Shown: piece by piece, positions 27,954 through 37,268 of the stretch
Layout: each line of letters starts with the position of its first letter
Position numbering within the stretch: position 1 is the stretch's first letter
Source of the DNA: a virus
Virus record (IMG/VR): IMGVR_UViG_3300008516_000159
Strand: one strand, 5' to 3'
DNA: 64,000 nt
Notes under the pieces: generated by a model
What the model was told of the DNA's origin: nothing
The model's database searches: none
Seen by the model: the letters and a program-made list of their open reading frames with translations, nothing else
Position numbers and translations under genes: made by a program

Positions 27954-28154
27954 TTAAAGAACCGTTACATTTGATGCTTGCAAACCCTTCGGACCCTCTT
28001 TTACGTCAAAAGAAACCTCTTGATCTTCAGCCAATGTTTTAAAGCCTTCGGTGTTAATTTCGGAGTAATGCACGAATACATCATCGCCATCATCCCTACT
28101 GATAAAACCAAAACCTTTCTTTTCATTAAACCACTTTACTCTTCCTTCTGGCAT
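27954..28154 (-). CDS. cspA: Cold-shock protein
   Basis: [34 protein letters not shown]. Confidence 0.97.
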   Translation of the reverse strand: MPEGRVKWFNEKKGFGFISRDDGDDVFVHYSEINTEGFKTLAEDQEVSFDVKEGPKGLQASNVTVL

Positions 28155-28198
28155 TAAAACTAAAACCTCCAAACTAAAATTGTGGCCAAACTGGCCAT

Positions 28199-28271
28199 TA
28201 TCCCCGGCAGGACTCGAACCTGCGTATATCTGATTAGAAATCAGATGCGTGCTCCACTACGCTACGGGGAC
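28199..28271 (-). tRNA. tRNA-Arg(UCU)
   Basis: Cloverleaf, loop UU-UCU-AA. Confidence 0.92.
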
Positions 28272-28279
28272 TCTAATAA

Positions 28280-28975
28280 TTAATCCCAAAGACTCATGAA
28301 GTGCATAGCAAATAAATCCAATCCCTTTTGGACCCTTTCGTAATATTCCATTTCAAGGTCAAAATTGTAATAAGAAATATCCTCTCCGAGATATTCCCTG
28401 TTTGCATTCTCAGGATCCTCTGGAGGAAGATATGAACTCATGACGTGTTTGTCGTTATCCTCTCCGCACCTGTATGCATAATAAACTGTTCTATTCTCTG
28501 GTGTTTTCTCATGAGGATATTTTAGTCCATATTTTTTTAGCATCCTGTCGCGTTTCTTATCATTAGCTTCGTAGCAAGTAATAAACTCAAACGCAAAAAC
28601 CATCTCATTCAAAACCTCATTCCACGCCTTTTCACCACCACCAGCCATTTTGCCCTTTGCGACAGCATCATCATATTCTTCCTTGGATTCCCACTCCTCT
28701 TCATAATAATCAGAAAAAAAAGAAGGATATCCATGTCGCGGCGCGTTTTTAAAAGCTTGAAGTTTGCCAAGAATGATTGGCGCTAAATGATTAGACAACC
28801 CCCACAGATCACAGTCTGAAGCGTGATATGTTCGAAACGCTCTTTGAGAAAACCATTTTACAGATCTATACGCGAGACCGATTTTTTCGATTTTCCATCT
28901 GATCCTTTTTAAAAAAGAAATCTTGCCAGCTCCCTCCTCTTCAGACAAATAATCCAAAAAGCTTTTCTCTACCAT
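28280..28975 (-). CDS. Conserved phage hypothetical protein
   Basis: 231 aa; DLWGL...KLQAFK...W..VLNEMVFAFE...GLDLFA.HF.SLWD. Confidence 0.8.
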   Translation of the reverse strand: MVEKSFLDYLSEEEGAGKISFLKRIRWKIEKIGLAYRSVKWFSQRAFRTYHASDCDLWGLSNHLAPIILGKLQAFKNAPRHGYPSFFSDYYEEEWESKEEYDDAVAKGKMAGGGEKAWNEVLNEMVFAFEFITCYEANDKKRDRMLKKYGLKYPHEKTPENRTVYYAYRCGEDNDKHVMSSYLPPEDPENANREYLGEDISYYNFDLEMEYYERVQKGLDLFAMHFMSLWD

Positions 28976-29174
28976 ATTATAACTCCCAGGACATTATTGT
29001 GTCTGTCGATAGTCCTCATCTGTTTTTAGGAAAACAGCAAGTCCAAATTACTGTCACAAGAATTGCAATACCCGTAGCGCCAAGCAGTAGTTGATTAAAC
29101 AATGATATCATTTCACTGCTTATATCCACATTGTCCTCTTGCTTTGTTATCTGTGTTTCTTTTCTTAAAATATC

Positions 29175-29843
29175 CTAATCATATATATGTGCCGTATCTG
29201 CTAGTTTGTTCCTGATGACAGGCTTGTTCATCCAATGTTCATCTTCTTCGAGCTGCTTAATGAACTCCGCTCTCACCAGCTTACCGCGCTGCTGCTTGCG
29301 ATAATTTTTTATAACTATACCTTCCATCATATCCTTGAAAGAACAATGAGAAGTCATTATAAAGTCATCCAAAGAATTAGTTTCTGTATAACCATAATAT
29401 AAGACAGGCACATGCTGAAAACCGAACTTTTTAACCTCCTGTATTCTATCGCCATGGTCAAGAAACTTTTTACCATTCCATATGTCAAAAACCAAAAAAT
29501 ACGATGGCAATTTATCGTAATCTATATTATGCTGAGCATACATTAATTCGCCGTAAATTATCCAGCCGATTGGAATCTGTACTATCTTTGGCTCATTGTG
29601 TCTTGCCCAATTCCAAAAGAATGAGAACTGTGGATGTATGCTATCCGCAAGACCTCTCCGCTTTTGCAAAGTCCAACCCTGTTTGCTGCGAATTATGCCG
29701 ACATTAGCTCCGTCAACTTTTTCGGTAATCTCAACTCTACCGGTCAAAAGAGCGTTCTGCTCCTGCTTGGACAGACAAAATTTGCCGCGGATCCGGATCT
29801 TAGGCGAAACCACCCTAAATGTCTTTTCGTACTTCAGGTACAT
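29175..29843 (-). CDS. RNA ligase (Rnl2-type nucleotidyltransferase domain)
   Basis: EKVDGAN, YGE, FLVFDIW, EGIVIK, KLVRAEF. Confidence 0.85.
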   Translation of the reverse strand: MYLKYEKTFRVVSPKIRIRGKFCLSKQEQNALLTGRVEITEKVDGANVGIIRSKQGWTLQKRRGLADSIHPQFSFFWNWARHNEPKIVQIPIGWIIYGELMYAQHNIDYDKLPSYFLVFDIWNGKKFLDHGDRIQEVKKFGFQHVPVLYYGYTETNSLDDFIMTSHCSFKDMMEGIVIKNYRKQQRGKLVRAEFIKQLEEDEHWMNKPVIRNKLADTAHIYD

Positions 29844-29845
29844 CT

Positions 29846-30091
29846 TTAAATGAACCCCTTGAAAGTCCCTAAATTATTTACCATGGACTCGTTAAGTTCG
29901 AAATGTTTACAAGAACCAAATTTATGAATACTCAACTCTCTTGTTGTTTCGCTATGCTTGAGGTGATCATACTTGTGTAGACCACAGGTGCCCCACTCAG
30001 AGTTAGGAAAATTACTGTGCAGACAAAGGCCACACACTTTACAAACTTGATAATCTATTTTCTGAAGCTTAGCGAGTTTATTGGCGTCCAT
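29846..30091 (-). CDS. Cys-rich small protein
   Basis: CKVCGLCLH...CGLH...CKHF. Confidence 0.7.
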   Translation of the reverse strand: MDANKLAKLQKIDYQVCKVCGLCLHSNFPNSEWGTCGLHKYDHLKHSETTRELSIHKFGSCKHFELNESMVNNLGTFKGFI

Positions 30092-30106
30092 GTTGGCTCC
30101 TTATAT

Positions 30107-30180
30107 TACCCTCGGCAGGACTCGAACCTGCGATCTCTGCGTTCGAAGCGCAGCATCTTAGTCCACTAGACGACGAGGGC
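30107..30180 (-). tRNA. tRNA-Arg(UCG)
   Basis: Cloverleaf, loop CU-UCG-AA. Confidence 0.92.
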
Positions 30181-30349
30181 TCGGTTTAAAATCAGTGCAA
30201 GCTAGCTCCTTTTGGTTGAGGATTGGGATGTTGTGACTGTCACAATGGCCCAATCCATCATCACAGTTCCAGAGTTGAAAGTGCGCGCAACCAGCGCAAT
30301 GACTCTCACCTAGGAGCAGCTCTCTAGCTATTTCAGCTTTCATCTTCAT
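30158..30349 (-). CDS. KAKxLL/Cys4 small protein
   Basis: IARELLL..CAGCAHF..C..C; stop inside tRNA-Arg. Confidence 0.7.
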   Translation of the reverse strand: MKMKAEIARELLLGESHCAGCAHFQLWNCDDGLGHCDSHNIPILNQKELACTDFKPSPRRLVD

Positions 30350-30350
30350 T

Positions 30351-30424
30351 AGGCCAGGACAGGATTCGGACCTGCATCATCTCGGGTTGCAACCGAGCGC
30401 CTAAGCCATTTCAGCCACCTGGCC
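30351..30424 (-). tRNA. tRNA-Cys(GCA)
   Basis: Cloverleaf, U73, T loop UCCGAAU. Confidence 0.9.
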
Positions 30425-30426
30425 GT

Positions 30427-30696
30427 TTAATCAGAATCGAGGATATCAACAATCTGCCAGTGACAATACTCATCAAACTGACGAGGTTCTAATATCTTTC
30501 TGGCAGCCGCGGCATCACCCTGCGTAGCTTTTTCGTATATCCTGGATTCCATTTCTTTCAGATCATCAAACAATTGCCAATCCTTATCCAGGTAATTAAA
30601 GCACGCGAGAAAAGCTTTTGCCATCAGCTCTTCTGTTGATGCATCCCAGGCTATGGGAGCAATCTTTCTGTTTTCGTACAAAAGTATCCTGTCCAT
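30427..30696 (-). CDS. Hypothetical protein
   Basis: Stop abuts tRNA-Cys. Confidence 0.7.
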   Translation of the reverse strand: MDRILLYENRKIAPIAWDASTEELMAKAFLACFNYLDKDWQLFDDLKEMESRIYEKATQGDAAAARKILEPRQFDEYCHWQIVDILDSD

Positions 30697-30898
30697 GTTT
30701 TCTCCTGTCTATCTTCTTTAATTTAACTTCGTCCTCGGCCTTCATCCGCATTAGATTGTCCATTGCCAGACATCTGCCACAAACAACCTTTTTACGGTTT
30801 GCTTGATGCCACCATCGGTTTCCACAGTCGCACTCTATTAAAAGATAATTAACTCTTGAAGACCAGCGAGCATCAATTATAGCCAGCTTTTTCTGCAT
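30596..30898 (-). CDS. Zinc-ribbon hypothetical protein
   Basis: CDCG...CGRC; tail overlaps next gene. Confidence 0.5.
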   Translation of the reverse strand: MQKKLAIIDARWSSRVNYLLIECDCGNRWWHQANRKKVVCGRCLAMDNLMRMKAEDEVKLKKIDRRKHGQDTFVRKQKDCSHSLGCINRRADGKSFSRVL

Positions 30899-31117
30899 TT
30901 CTCACAACACCTCACACATCAACCCAGATCTACTTTTTTCCAGCGCGAGTGGAAGTACTTTAATTTCTTTTTCATCTTTCTACACTTCTCACAGTACTTC
31001 GTATACTTATGCACTCCTGGGTGATCCTCGCTACCAGTATATCTTTCTATTGTTGGTATCCATACCCAATCATGTTTACACATCACATATATCCTAGGTT
31101 TCTGATATGCCTGCGTT

Positions 31118-31420
31118 TTATCGTGGGATATTTTCTTCTTTTCCTTCCCATTTGTTACAATACATTTCCTTTGGAAATGCTTCTTGTTTCAAGTTTCTCT
31201 CGTCGCAAAAGTAGTACAATCCAGATACTGCGAACTCTGTGTGCATGTGACAACAGTTTTTACAAGAACCAGATTTTAGCAATAGTCTTTTTGCTATTGT
31301 TTTTCTTGAAATATTTTTTAACTTATCTATTGTTTTTTCTAATGGTTCAACTGGCCGCAATTCTTGATTCCACAAAACAGGCATTTGCACCTTATAATAA
31401 TTATTGCTATCGTCGCTCAT
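31118..31420 (-). CDS. KAKxLL/Cys4 protein
   Basis: IAKRLLLKSGSCKNC..C..CNKW. Confidence 0.7.
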   Translation of the reverse strand: MSDDSNNYYKVQMPVLWNQELRPVEPLEKTIDKLKNISRKTIAKRLLLKSGSCKNCCHMHTEFAVSGLYYFCDERNLKQEAFPKEMYCNKWEGKEENIPR

Positions 31421-31443
31421 TAAATTCTCAACCTATATTCTTG

Positions 31444-31529
31444 TGCCCGAGGAGAGATTCGAACTCTCACGACCTTCAAGATCACAAGGCCCTCGACCTT
31501 GCGCGGCTACCTAGTTACGCCACCCGGGC
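31444..31529 (-). tRNA. tRNA-Leu(GAG), long variable arm, C33
   Basis: Loop UC-GAG-GG. Confidence 0.9.
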
Positions 31530-31867
31530 TATTTCCTCTCTTCTGGATCACCGCAAAATATACAGCAATCACTAGATTCGTGATCGGGATTATAACATTT
31601 GAGAATAATTTTCTCCTTGTTTACAGAGACTACATATTTATTCCCAGACTTATCTGTTTTAGAGAAATAATGGCATATGTGATCTGGACTCTTCGGGCAA
31701 TACCAACAAAGAAATTGACCTCCTGTTTTACCGTAACCACCACGGTAACCACAATGTTTACATTCGGCCCCACCATAAACCTTGCTCTTCATTTCGTGCC
31801 AACATTCACCGCGCAGGATTTTCTTAGCTTTTTCTGTCTTTGGCATGCTCTCTGTTTTATATTTCAT
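31529..31867 (-). CDS. Cys-rich protein with KAKKIL
   Basis: Multiple CxxC; CIFCGDPEERK. Confidence 0.7.
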   Translation of the reverse strand: MKYKTESMPKTEKAKKILRGECWHEMKSKVYGGAECKHCGYRGGYGKTGGQFLCWYCPKSPDHICHYFSKTDKSGNKYVVSVNKEKIILKCYNPDHESSDCCIFCGDPEERK

Positions 31868-31868
31868 T

Positions 31869-31941
31869 TGGAGCTGAGGGGATTCGAACCCCTTACCTAC
31901 TGAATGCCATTCAGCCGCTCTCCCAATTGAGCTACAGCCCC
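31869..31941 (-). tRNA. tRNA-Ala(GGC)
   Basis: G3-U70, loop AU-GGC-AU. Confidence 0.93.
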
Positions 31942-31942
31942 T

Positions 31943-32314
31943 CTATTGACTTAGCAAACGCTTTGCTCTGTGTTTCCTAAATCTTCTCATCTCTCTTTTT
32001 TCGGCTTTTCTTAATCCACAAGCGCCATAAGCATACTGTATAACCTCTATTGTGGTGCGACCGCGGTCCCGAAAATAGCCATCGACAGGGTCTTGACCAA
32101 AAAATATTACCGATACCTTTAGATTATCACTATCCCAATCGTCTCTCTCGATGTCCACTCCATCAAGTCGAAATACTTGCCTAGCGCCGTCTGCCACTCG
32201 ATAGGAATAAAACTTTCCCGCTTTGAGTCGCATACGTTTCAATTCTTCCACATAAGAGTCGCGACGACGCTCGGCCTCTTTTTGTTCTGTAACGCTAGGA
32301 TCCGGATCTATCAT
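31943..32314 (-). CDS. Hypothetical protein ending RAKRLLSQ
   Basis: Operon-like. Confidence 0.7.
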   Translation of the reverse strand: MIDPDPSVTEQKEAERRRDSYVEELKRMRLKAGKFYSYRVADGARQVFRLDGVDIERDDWDSDNLKVSVIFFGQDPVDGYFRDRGRTTIEVIQYAYGACGLRKAEKREMRRFRKHRAKRLLSQ

Positions 32315-32315
32315 T

Positions 32316-32630
32316 TTACAGAGAGTTTCTCATCAGGCTTACAAAAACAGATTTAGCTTTGCGGGGTTTAGGTCCGAGTATAGTCCAGCTTTTCAAGTAC
32401 ATATCTATCAGCAAATCACCGGTTTTCCCCATTGAATTAATAACCTGACTGAAGGAGCATGAATTAGTTTTGGCCTGTGTCATAACCTTTTTAAGCTCCC
32501 CAATGTCGACCTTATTCTGCCTCTTGCTCCACTTCTTTATGAGCGATCTGATTTCTTTCGAAATCTCAATCTTTCGTTCATGCATGTTTTCCATTGCTCT
32601 TCTTTCGTACTGCGAAATCCAATATCTCAT
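32316..32630 (-). CDS. Hypothetical protein
   Basis: RBS ggaggg after sigma70 promoter. Confidence 0.7.
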   Translation of the reverse strand: MRYWISQYERRAMENMHERKIEISKEIRSLIKKWSKRQNKVDIGELKKVMTQAKTNSCSFSQVINSMGKTGDLLIDMYLKSWTILGPKPRKAKSVFVSLMRNSL

Positions 32631-32650
32631 TTTCTTACCCTCCTGTATAT

Positions 32651-32679
32651 ATTATAATACAGAAGGGGTATATTGTAAA
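32651..32679 (-). promoter_or_regulatory. sigma70-type promoter
   Basis: TTTACA-N17-TATAAT. Confidence 0.8.
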
Positions 32680-32680
32680 G

Positions 32681-33670
32681 TTATTCCTTTATGACTTTCT
32701 TCAGTGCTTCAAAATATTCTTTATTTAGATATCCCTTTTTGACTTCTTCTTCCATGATTTCAAAAGCTTCCTCTGGCTTGTTTTTTTGTCGGTAGCTTCT
32801 ATCGGTCGTAAGAGCGTCATACACATCTGCAACAGCAGCAATTTGGGCTATCAGAGGCATTTCTGCTTTTGATAAGTGGTCCGGATAACCGCTGCCATCC
32901 AATCTCTCATGATGATTTCTGATAACAGGCAAGGCGGCTTTTAGGTTTGTCAGATCCTTGCAGATTTCATAGCCCTTGATTGTATGCTGTTTCACAATGT
33001 CATATTCCTTGATGTTCAACGGGCTATTTCTGGATTTTAGAATACGATCGGGAATACCTATTTTACCTATGTCGTGCAATAAACACCCTACGTATAGAGC
33101 GTTTCGATTTTCACCATTCTCTATTTTAACGTTGTCAAAGATCTTAAGACTATACTGACCGACTCTTGTTGAATGACCTTCGGTGTATTTGTCTCTGGCC
33201 TCAACTGCTCGGTTGAGAGCAGTAATCATATCTTCGGCGTTAACAAGATCTTTGCGCGCCTTGCTCAATGATAACAAGTTCCTGCTCAATGTGAGAAACT
33301 CTGTTATCTCCAAAGGCTTTAATAGAAACACATTTACGCCGGCCTCTAATGCCGCTTCTTTGACGCTGTCCGCATGACCTGTGATCATCAAGATCGGAAG
33401 CCAGCTGTTTTGCCTTTTGATCTCCGCTGTCAAATCTATACCGGATCCATTCAGAAGCTTATAGTCTACTATCGCCAGATCCAAATCTATTTTTTGGATC
33501 AGCTCTTGAGCTTCCTTGTAAGTTCCGGTCTGATAAATCTTTACGTCATCATCTAAAAACGATTCCAGACTGTTGACGATCACATCCAACGTAGGAGGGT
33601 GATCATCAACAACCAATATATTATACACTTGCCTACCTAACCAAATGGGGCGATTGCGATGTGTATCCAT
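32681..33670 (-). CDS. Response regulator with HD-GYP phosphodiesterase domain
   Basis: REC: LVVDD, IVDY, MITG, LLKP; HD-GYP: YTEGHSTRV, LLHDIGKIGIPD, HHERLDGSGYP, ADVYDALTTDRSYR. Confidence 0.95.
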   Translation of the reverse strand: MDTHRNRPIWLGRQVYNILVVDDHPPTLDVIVNSLESFLDDDVKIYQTGTYKEAQELIQKIDLDLAIVDYKLLNGSGIDLTAEIKRQNSWLPILMITGHADSVKEAALEAGVNVFLLKPLEITEFLTLSRNLLSLSKARKDLVNAEDMITALNRAVEARDKYTEGHSTRVGQYSLKIFDNVKIENGENRNALYVGCLLHDIGKIGIPDRILKSRNSPLNIKEYDIVKQHTIKGYEICKDLTNLKAALPVIRNHHERLDGSGYPDHLSKAEMPLIAQIAAVADVYDALTTDRSYRQKNKPEEAFEIMEEEVKKGYLNKEYFEALKKVIKE

Positions 33671-33712
33671 TCACCCTCCCTATTTAGATTTTCACTCGTC
33701 AAGAAAAGAAGC

Positions 33713-34510
33713 TTAGCTTTTATCTTCTTCCTTGTCTTTCGCTTGCCACTTGTCGATATCATCCAGCTTCTTTTGGGTCTCGTCCCAATCAACCAGCGCG
33801 GGGTTCTTTACTGGTTCGGAGCCGCTATAAAAAGACGCTGTACCAGTTCCGCCGCTTCTGCGCATGCTGTAGTACTTACCAAGAGCTTGATTGTGTGCTA
33901 CCGTCATACTTTTAACACCAGCGTTTGTTCCACGCCAGCTCAAAGTGTTACCGACAGACACAGAAAGATCATTAACAGCTGTGCTCATGACATCCTGATT
34001 GGCACCCAAGTATGTGAATGTCCACCGGCCGGTTCCTTCGAGGTCTTCTATTTTAGACTTGAGTTTTTTGCGACCTTCTTCACCAGCATAATCACTTGAG
34101 CTGTTTTCCCAGCCATCGGTAATGATGGTAAACAGCACAGCCACATCCGGATCGTGTATGTCAGGAATGTCTTTCATAAATTTTTCGATTGTAAAGCCAA
34201 TCGCATCGTAGAGGGCTGTCATGCCATCTGGCCTGTAGTCGTCTACACCCAACTCCTCTACATCGTTGACATCTTCGTTGAAAATCGCGGTATCGATTTT
34301 CTCGTTGAAAGTAACAAATGTAAGTTTTGTTTCAAGGCCTGATGTCGGTTGACCTTGAAGCAACTTTTTAGCCACGTTACTAGGCTTGTTGGATTCTTCC
34401 TTGAGAACCTGCAGCTGCTCATTAAAGTTATTACGAGCTTCGTCTTTAATGCTGCACATGCTGCCGCTTCTGTCAAGAATAACCGCAACGTAAGTCTTTA
34501 GTGTTGTCAT
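33713..34510 (-). CDS. von Willebrand factor A domain protein
   Basis: MIDAS ILDRSGSM, TALYDAIG, ITDG.ENSS, TYLGANQD. Confidence 0.9.
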   Translation of the reverse strand: MTTLKTYVAVILDRSGSMCSIKDEARNNFNEQLQVLKEESNKPSNVAKKLLQGQPTSGLETKLTFVTFNEKIDTAIFNEDVNDVEELGVDDYRPDGMTALYDAIGFTIEKFMKDIPDIHDPDVAVLFTIITDGWENSSSDYAGEEGRKKLKSKIEDLEGTGRWTFTYLGANQDVMSTAVNDLSVSVGNTLSWRGTNAGVKSMTVAHNQALGKYYSMRRSGGTGTASFYSGSEPVKNPALVDWDETQKKLDDIDKWQAKDKEEDKS

Positions 34511-34530
34511 TCTTTACTCCTTGTTATTTT

Positions 34531-34604
34531 TACCACCGCCGGGATTCGAACCCAGAACATCTCGCTTTTGAGGCGAGCGCCTCTACCAGTTGCGCTACGG
34601 TGGC
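34531..34604 (-). tRNA. tRNA-Leu(CAA), short variable loop
   Basis: Loop CU-CAA-AA; variable AUGUU; A73. Confidence 0.85.
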
Positions 34605-34616
34605 TCGTAATATTAT

Positions 34617-34805
34617 CTATGTGTCAAAGCGCCTCCAACGCGAGCAACCCTCACTGTTAGGCGCTGTAGAGATTGCATAGTAGAAACAATGATACTCATC
34701 TTGATCATCATTTTTATAAAAGCAGTTGCTGCAGGTTTGATTTCCTAAAAGCAATTGCTTTGCAATCTTCTTCTTCATCGATGTGCTTATTTCGTATCTA
34801 TGCAT
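34617..34805 (-). CDS. KAKxLL/Cys4 small protein
   Basis: IAKQLLL..CSNCFY..C..CSRW. Confidence 0.75.
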   Translation of the reverse strand: MHRYEISTSMKKKIAKQLLLGNQTCSNCFYKNDDQDEYHCFYYAISTAPNSEGCSRWRRFDT

Positions 34806-35368
34806 TCAACAACCCTTGCGTTGAAATTCAGAAACTCTAACCAACCAAACCTTTCTGCCTTGTCTCTGGAAATAACCAGGAACGGCATATATTTGGGCTC
34901 AAATGGCTTCTTGATTAAATGCATGTGAGCTTCCTTTAAGAGCTTGTTGCCCTTTTTGCGGTTACACTTCTTACATGCGGCAACCTGATTCTCCCATGCG
35001 TTAACGTGCGCAGGCCTTATTTTTGGCGATATTTCGTGCCAACGAGAAACAGGAATGACGTGGTCAACCGTTAACTCGTTGATTTGATAACGCTCGCCAC
35101 AGTACATACACTTCATATCATCACGATATATGATGTTTAGACGCGAGTAAACGACCTTGCGCTTTGGAATCTTGTTGAAGTCAAGCAACATGATTACGCG
35201 TGGCAAAGGTATCGACAGATACTGTGACCTGATAGGCTGGGCTTCATCTTCGCGTATTGCGCGCGACTTGCCCAATACCAACGAACAAACGGCTTCCCTG
35301 ACATTACAAACGTCAACCGGAACCATTCCACTGTTCAATGTTAAAACCGGTGCATATAGATTAACCAT
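34787..35368 (-). CDS. HNH endonuclease (McrA-like)
   Basis: RDDMKCMYCG, LTVDHVIP.SR, WEN.VAACKKCNRKKG. Confidence 0.92.
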   Translation of the reverse strand: MVNLYAPVLTLNSGMVPVDVCNVREAVCSLVLGKSRAIREDEAQPIRSQYLSIPLPRVIMLLDFNKIPKRKVVYSRLNIIYRDDMKCMYCGERYQINELTVDHVIPVSRWHEISPKIRPAHVNAWENQVAACKKCNRKKGNKLLKEAHMHLIKKPFEPKYMPFLVISRDKAERFGWLEFLNFNARVVECIDTK

Positions 35369-35381
35369 TTACGCCTCCTAT

Positions 35382-35456
35382 TGGGCGGGGAGGGATTCGA
35401 ACCCTCAACATCCAGATTTTAAATCTGGCGCCTCTACCAAGTTGCGCTACTCGCCC
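35382..35456 (-). tRNA. tRNA-Leu(UAA), short variable loop
   Basis: Loop UU-UAA-AA; variable AUGUU. Confidence 0.85.
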
Positions 35457-35666
35457 CTGTTCTTGTCTATCATATGATTCTTAAGGCGGCCGCCACTATT
35501 GCCGCCACAATCCACACTGCGATTAGTATAAAAAACATGATCTTCGCATTTTTTGGCTGGTTATAGTTTTCCTCTCCTTTTTTGAATTTCTTCACTTTAA
35601 AATCCCACCAGCTTTCCCAAACGTGCCATTTTCTCACAATACCCCCTCCTCATTACATTATCTTTG

Positions 35667-35743
35667 TACCCCGGGGAGGACTCGAACCTCCAGACAACCC
35701 ACGTTCTGAACGTAGTGGCTATACCCGATTCGCCTACCGGGGC
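35667..35743 (-). tRNA. tRNA-Leu(CAG), short variable loop
   Basis: Loop UU-CAG-AA; variable GUUGU. Confidence 0.85.
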
Positions 35744-35748
35744 TAGTG

Positions 35749-35823
35749 TGCCCGCGAGAGGATTCGAACCTCCAACATCACGGTCCTAAGCCGTGCGCCT
35801 CTGCCAGGTTGCGCTACGCGGGC
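35749..35823 (-). tRNA. tRNA-Leu(UAG), short variable loop
   Basis: Loop CU-UAG-GA; variable AUGUU. Confidence 0.87.
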
Positions 35824-36182
35824 TAATCTTTCAATATAAGCTTCGCAACTTCTTTACGATGCTCAGGAAGCACTTCTAAATCAGCGAAAGCTTTGATTAA
35901 TGTGTATATCCCCCTTGGTGTTATTTTCCACCAATTAGAGAGATAGTACGTTGCCCCTCCTCTAACCGAAGCATTTACTGGTCTGTGTTTTGTTATCTTC
36001 AATACCTTTTTCTTCTTCATTTCGTACAAATAACATCTGGTTTTAGAAGAACTATACGCCACACCTTCAAACAGAAAACAAGCCTGTGCCGTACGAAAGG
36101 TTTCTATTCCGAATTCCCCATACACTTCGCGCAAGCGCTCCATGTATTTGTATATTTCAACCCCATCTTTGTTTATAAACAC
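35823..36182 (-). CDS. Winged-helix-like protein
   Basis: Helical core then WKITPRG; tail VAKLILKD. Confidence 0.6.
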   Translation of the reverse strand: MFINKDGVEIYKYMERLREVYGEFGIETFRTAQACFLFEGVAYSSSKTRCYLYEMKKKKVLKITKHRPVNASVRGGATYYLSNWWKITPRGIYTLIKAFADLEVLPEHRKEVAKLILKD

Positions 36183-36363
36183 GGCCGTACTTTCTCCTCG
36201 CAGCCTCTTCGCATCTATCTAATATGTGCCTTTTGAGCTTATCGGCGGTTACACTTAAAGACGAAACTGCAACTGCGGCCGCAGCCGCCTTGTAACCTGC
36301 CTCATAAGCGTCACTTACTAATTCAGCATAACGCTCAGCGGTAATCGTGATAGTTATTGCCAT
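36157..36363 (-). CDS. Hypothetical protein
   Basis: RBS ggag. Confidence 0.6.
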   Translation of the reverse strand: MAITITITAERYAELVSDAYEAGYKAAAAAVAVSSLSVTADKLKRHILDRCEEAARRKYGRVYKQRWG

Positions 36364-36375
36364 GTTTTCTCCAAT

Positions 36376-36448
36376 CGTGCCGAGCGGGTTTCGAACCCAC
36401 GACCTATGGCTCCGCAGGCCATCGCTCTGTCCCCTGAGCTACCGGCAC
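36376..36448 (-). tRNA. tRNA-Arg(GCG)
   Basis: Loop CU-GCG-GA. Confidence 0.92.
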
Positions 36449-36449
36449 T

Positions 36450-36761
36450 TTAGACCTTATCAACCGCATCGGCGATTTTTTTATAATATTCCTGCATCTT
36501 TTCAAAAGATTCCTTGTCTAGATACTGACAGCTTAGAAAAGTCGGCATTCCGTTTATTGCCACAGGGCACGCCTTGTTTATGTATTCAAAGATCAAGAAA
36601 GGCTTATTTTTGTTAAATTGTTTTCGAGCCTTTTTGTCCATAAAAGCAAGAGGCATGAATATGTGATCTATGAAAGATTTATTCTCGCACTGCTTGTCGG
36701 TGAAAACCTCGCCCGAATAAATGTCAAGAGCGAGCTGTTTTAGTTCCTCGTTGCTTCTCAT
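36450..36761 (-). CDS. Conserved phage hypothetical protein
   Basis: IFMPLAF...FEYINKACP.AING.PTF.SC.YL. Confidence 0.75.
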   Translation of the reverse strand: MRSNEELKQLALDIYSGEVFTDKQCENKSFIDHIFMPLAFMDKKARKQFNKNKPFLIFEYINKACPVAINGMPTFLSCQYLDKESFEKMQEYYKKIADAVDKV

Positions 36762-36955
36762 TTTCTCACCTCTATTTGTTGATCTCTTTTATAAGAGACA
36801 CAACCTTTAAATCGATCTACATTAATTTTTAGGCCGCCTGCATTATTTATTGTACACCAGTTCGCGAACGCCGCGTAATATTTGCAAGTTGAACAGACAG
36901 AATGAACACTGTCACTTACCAATAAACGTTTGGCTTCTTGAGCTTTATGATTCAA
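36758..36955 (-). CDS. KAKxLL/Cys4 small protein
   Basis: Likely TTG start; EAKRLL..CSTCKY..C..C. Confidence 0.65.
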   Translation of the reverse strand: MNHKAQEAKRLLVSDSVHSVCSTCKYYAAFANWCTINNAGGLKINVDRFKGCVSYKRDQQIEVRK

Positions 36956-36967
36956 TTTAATTCCTTT

Positions 36968-37041
36968 TGGGCCAGGAGGGAATCGAACCCCCAACTCCTT
37001 GATTAAAAGTCAAGTACGCTGCCTAGTTGCGTCACTGACCC
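36968..37041 (-). tRNA. tRNA-Lys(UUU)
   Basis: Loop CU-UUU-AA. Confidence 0.9.
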
Positions 37042-37049
37042 GCTACTAC

Positions 37050-37265
37050 TTACTTCTTCTTGGCTATGTCTTGCATTATCAAACCTACAAGCTTGTGTAT
37101 CCCGTCGTCACGATTATGATACGTATGTCCCTTTGTTGCTTGTTTGTCTTGTCTATCATACCTAACATAATCATATCCGCACAGGTTGTCCTCAATAGTT
37201 AGCACATTTGTACAATCTATAAGCTCGATCAAAGTGCCGTTTACTTCTATTTTTATCGTCATCAT
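37050..37265 (-). CDS. Hypothetical protein
   Basis: Co-oriented run. Confidence 0.65.
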   Translation of the reverse strand: MMTIKIEVNGTLIELIDCTNVLTIEDNLCGYDYVRYDRQDKQATKGHTYHNRDDGIHKLVGLIMQDIAKKK

Positions 37266-37268
37266 TTT

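Noticed and set aside
31009-31903. Plus-strand ORFs 31009..31575 and 31499..31903
   Set aside because: Antisense to real genes and tRNAs; low-complexity shadow translations.
34787-35368. HNH as a CRISPR/OMEGA-type RNA-guided nuclease
   Set aside because: 193 aa McrA-like protein with no RuvC motifs and only a tRNA upstream.
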